This document shows positions 9,001 to 10,000 of a stretch of 10,000 bases of DNA, piece after piece. The translations under genes and the position numbers were made by a program. Source of the DNA: Eledone cirrhosa (lineage: Eukaryota); NCBI GenBank assembly GCA_964016885.1, contig CAXHJY010001445.1:1-10000 (forward strand), written 5' to 3'. The first letter of the stretch is position 1; each line of letters begins with the position of its first letter. The notes beneath the pieces are model-generated. The model saw only the letters and a list, made by a program, of their open reading frames with translations. It ran no database searches and was not told the DNA's origin.

Positions 9001-10000
9001 TGGTGGGTGGTGTTGATAGTGTAGATGGTGGTGGTGTTGATAGTGTTGATAGTGTTGCTGGTGGTGTTGATAGTGTAGATGGTGGTGGGTGTTGATAGTG
9101 TAGATGGTGGTGGTGTTGATAGTGTAGATGGTGGTGGTGTTGATAGTGTAGATGGTGGTGGTGGTGGTGTTGATAGTGTAGATGGTGGTGGGTGGTGTTG
9201 ATAGTGTAGATGGTGGTGGTGTTGATAGTGTAGATGGTGGTGGTGGTGTTGATAGTGTAGATGGTGGTGGTGTTGATAGTGTAGATGGTGGTGGTGTTGA
9301 TAGTGTAGATGGTGGTGGTGTTGATAGTGTAGATGGTGGTGGTGTTGATAGTGTAGATGGTGGTGGTGGTGGTGTTGATAGTGTAGATGGTGGTGGTGTT
9401 GATAGTGTAGATGGGGGTGGTGTTGATAGTGTAGATGGTGGTGGTGTTGATAGTGTAGATGGTGGTGGTGTTGATAGTGTAGATGGTGGTGGTGGTGGTG
9501 TTGATAGTGTAGATGGTGGTGGTGTTGATAGTGTAGATGGTGGTGGTGTTGATAGTGTAGATGGTGGTGGTGGTGGTGTTGATAGTGTAGATGGTGGTGG
9601 TGTTGATAGTGTAGATGGTGGTGGTGTTGATAGTGTAGATGGTGGTGGTGTTGATAGTGTAGATGGTGGTGGTGTTGATAGTGTAGATGGTGGTGGTGTG
9701 GTGTTGATAGTGTAGTGGTGGTGGTGTTGATAGTGTAGATGGTGGTGGGTGTTGATAGTGTAGATGGTGGTGGTGGTGGTGTGGATAGTGTAGATGGTGG
9801 GTGGTGTTGATAGGTGTAGATGGTGGGTGGTTGATAGTGTAGATGGTGGTGGTGTTGATAGTGTAGATGGTGGTGGGGTGTTGATAGTGTAGATGGCTGG
9901 AGGTGGTGTTGATAGTGTAAGATGGTGGGTGGGTTGTGATAGTGTAGATGGTGGTGGTGTTGAGATAGTGTAGATGGTGGTGGTGTTGATAGTGTAGATG
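1..10000 (-). CDS. Possible internal part of a Pro/Ser/Thr-rich, mucin-like tandem-repeat domain (PPPSTLST)n with PPPATLST and PPAATLST variants; no start or stop in the window; hypothetical
   Basis: The reverse complement reads CCA CCA CCA TCT ACA CTA TCA ACA. No TTA, CTA or TCA was seen on the + strand, so there is no - strand stop. GTT>GTG and GGT>GGG are synonymous in this frame (TCA>TCC, CCA>CCC). The frame is indel-free over about 1260-3650. There are no flanking domains, splice sites or homology evidence, and the lack of stops could follow from composition alone. Confidence 0.25.
1242..3671 (+). CDS. Longest + strand repeat ORF, (VDSVDGGG)n; probably not a real gene
   Basis: This is the only stop-free + frame of the unit; the other two contain TAG/TGA in every copy. 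The start and end of the ORF are both created by single-base indels (extra G near 1244, missing G near 3655). There is no signal peptide or non-repeat domain. Confidence 0.1.
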   Translation: MGGGGGVDSVDGGGVDSVDGGGVDSVDGGGVDSVDGGGVDSVDGGGVDSVDGGGGGGVDSVDGGGVDSVDGGGVDSVDGGGVDSVDGGGVDSVDGGGVDSVAAGGVDSVDGGGVDSVAGGGGGVDSVDGGGVDSVDGGGVDSVDGGGVDSVDGGGVDSVAAGGVDSVDGGGVDSVAGGGGGVDSVDGGGVDSVDGGGVDSVDGGGVDSVAAGGVDSVDGGGVDSVAGGGGGVDSVDGGGVDSVDGGGVDSVDGGGVDSVDGGGGGGVDSVDGGGVDSVDGGGVDSVDGGGVDSVDGGGVDSVDGGGVDSVDGGGGGGVDSVDGGGVDSVDGGGVDSVDGGGVDSVDGGGVDSVDGGGVDSVAGGGVDSVDGGGVDSVAGGGGGVDSVDGGGVDSVDGGGVDSVDGGGVDSVDGGGVDSVDGGGVDSVDGGGVDSVDGGGVDSVDGGGVDSVDGGGVDSVAAGGVDSVDGGGVDSVAGGGGGVDSVDGGGVDSVDGGGVDSVDGGGVDSVDGGGGGGVDSVDGGGVDSVDGGGVDSVDGGGVDSVDGGGVDSVDGGGVDSVAAGGVDSVDGGGVDSVAGGGGGVDSVDGGGVDSVDGGGVDSVDGGGVDSVDGGGVDSVDGGGGGGVDSVDGGGVDSVDGGGVDSVDGGGVDSVDGGGVDSVDGGGVDSVAAGGVDSVDGGGVDSVAGGGGGVDSVDGGGVDSVDGGGVDSVDGGGVDSVDGGGGGGVDSVDGGGVDSVDGGGVDSVDGGGVDSVDGGGVDSVDGGGVDSVDGGGVDSVDGGGVDSVAAGGVDSVDGGGVDSVAAGVLIV
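1533..4322. repeat. Recurring 78-bp three-unit cassette (GCTGCTGGGGGT unit, consensus unit, GCT(GGT)5 unit, always followed by a GTG-start unit)
   Basis: Cassette copies start at 1533, 1707, 1857, 2607, 2910, 3237 and 4245. A variant copy whose first unit is GCTGGTGGTGGT starts at 2313. Confidence 0.9.
7069..7470. repeat. Tandem 78-bp higher-order repeat (GCTGCTGGGGGT unit, GCT(GGT)3 unit, GAT(GGT)5 unit)
   Basis: GCTGCTGGGGGT units start at 7123, 7201 and 7279, exactly 78 bp apart. The pattern resumes at about 7358-7460 with single-base indels. Confidence 0.85.

Larger units (their letters stand above)
1..10000. repeat. Tandem minisatellite/VNTR array, 24-bp consensus GTTGATAGTGTAGATGGTGGTGGT, about 400 copies, truncated by both window edges
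   Basis: Read directly. Head-to-tail units from position 3 to the end with no spacer or unique insert. Recurrent unit lengths are 24, 27, 30 and 33 bp, set by the GGT tail (3-6 copies). Recurrent substitutions are GAT>GCT, GATGGTGGTGGT>GCTGCTGGGGGT and GTT>GTG. Copy number is estimated from length divided by unit size. Confidence 0.99.

Noticed and set aside
3-9715. The eight + strand ORFs as separate genes
   Set aside because: All are pieces of the same repeat frame. Starts are repeat-internal GTG/ATG and ends arise from sporadic indels shifting into the TAG/TGA frames.
1-10000. CRISPR array with a 15-24 bp repeat
   Set aside because: There are no unique spacers, only GGT tails. There is no palindromic repeat, leader or cas gene.
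1-10000. Telomerase-made telomere with a long yeast-like G/T-rich unit containing GGTGT
   Set aside because: I do not recognise the unit as a known telomeric repeat. Block-duplicated variants over 10 kb fit recombinational amplification better than template copying. A subtelomeric location is not excluded.
1-10000. Rolling-circle or reverse-transcriptase concatemer (DRT2/Neo-like endless ORF), or a pure sequencing artefact
   Set aside because: Copying one short template would not give ordered, region-specific variant cassettes. No RT or template locus is present in the window.
1-10000. WGATAR (TGATAG) GATA-factor site in each consensus unit, and short mirror repeats TGATAGT and GTAGATG
   Set aside because: Such short motifs are expected by chance in a three-letter unit and are multiplied only by tandem amplification. 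There is no context supporting function.

Overview
The whole 10 kb window is one uninterrupted tandem minisatellite of about 400 copies, with a 24-bp consensus GTTGATAGTGTAGATGGTGGTGGT. It runs off both ends and contains no unique sequence, so no gene, RNA, mobile element or host can be identified. The + strand is strongly G/T-rich (consensus 11 G, 9 T, 4 A, 0 C). A few recurrent variants occur: GAT>GCT, GCTGCTGGGGGT, GTT>GTG and GGT tails of 3-6 copies. They are all frame-preserving and are arranged in higher-order blocks that change along the array. The supplied + strand ORFs (VDSVDGGG repeats) are pieces of one repeat frame broken by sporadic indels, which look like sequencing or assembly errors and become much denser after about 5360. 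The ORF track misses that the - strand has no stop codon in any frame, reading (PPPSTLST)n, (TTTIYTIN)n or (HHHLHYQH)n. If anything here is coding, a mucin-like Pro/Ser/Thr domain on the - strand is the best candidate. A non-coding satellite derived from (GGT)n explains the data at least as well. I cannot support a claim of a new biological system from this window alone.
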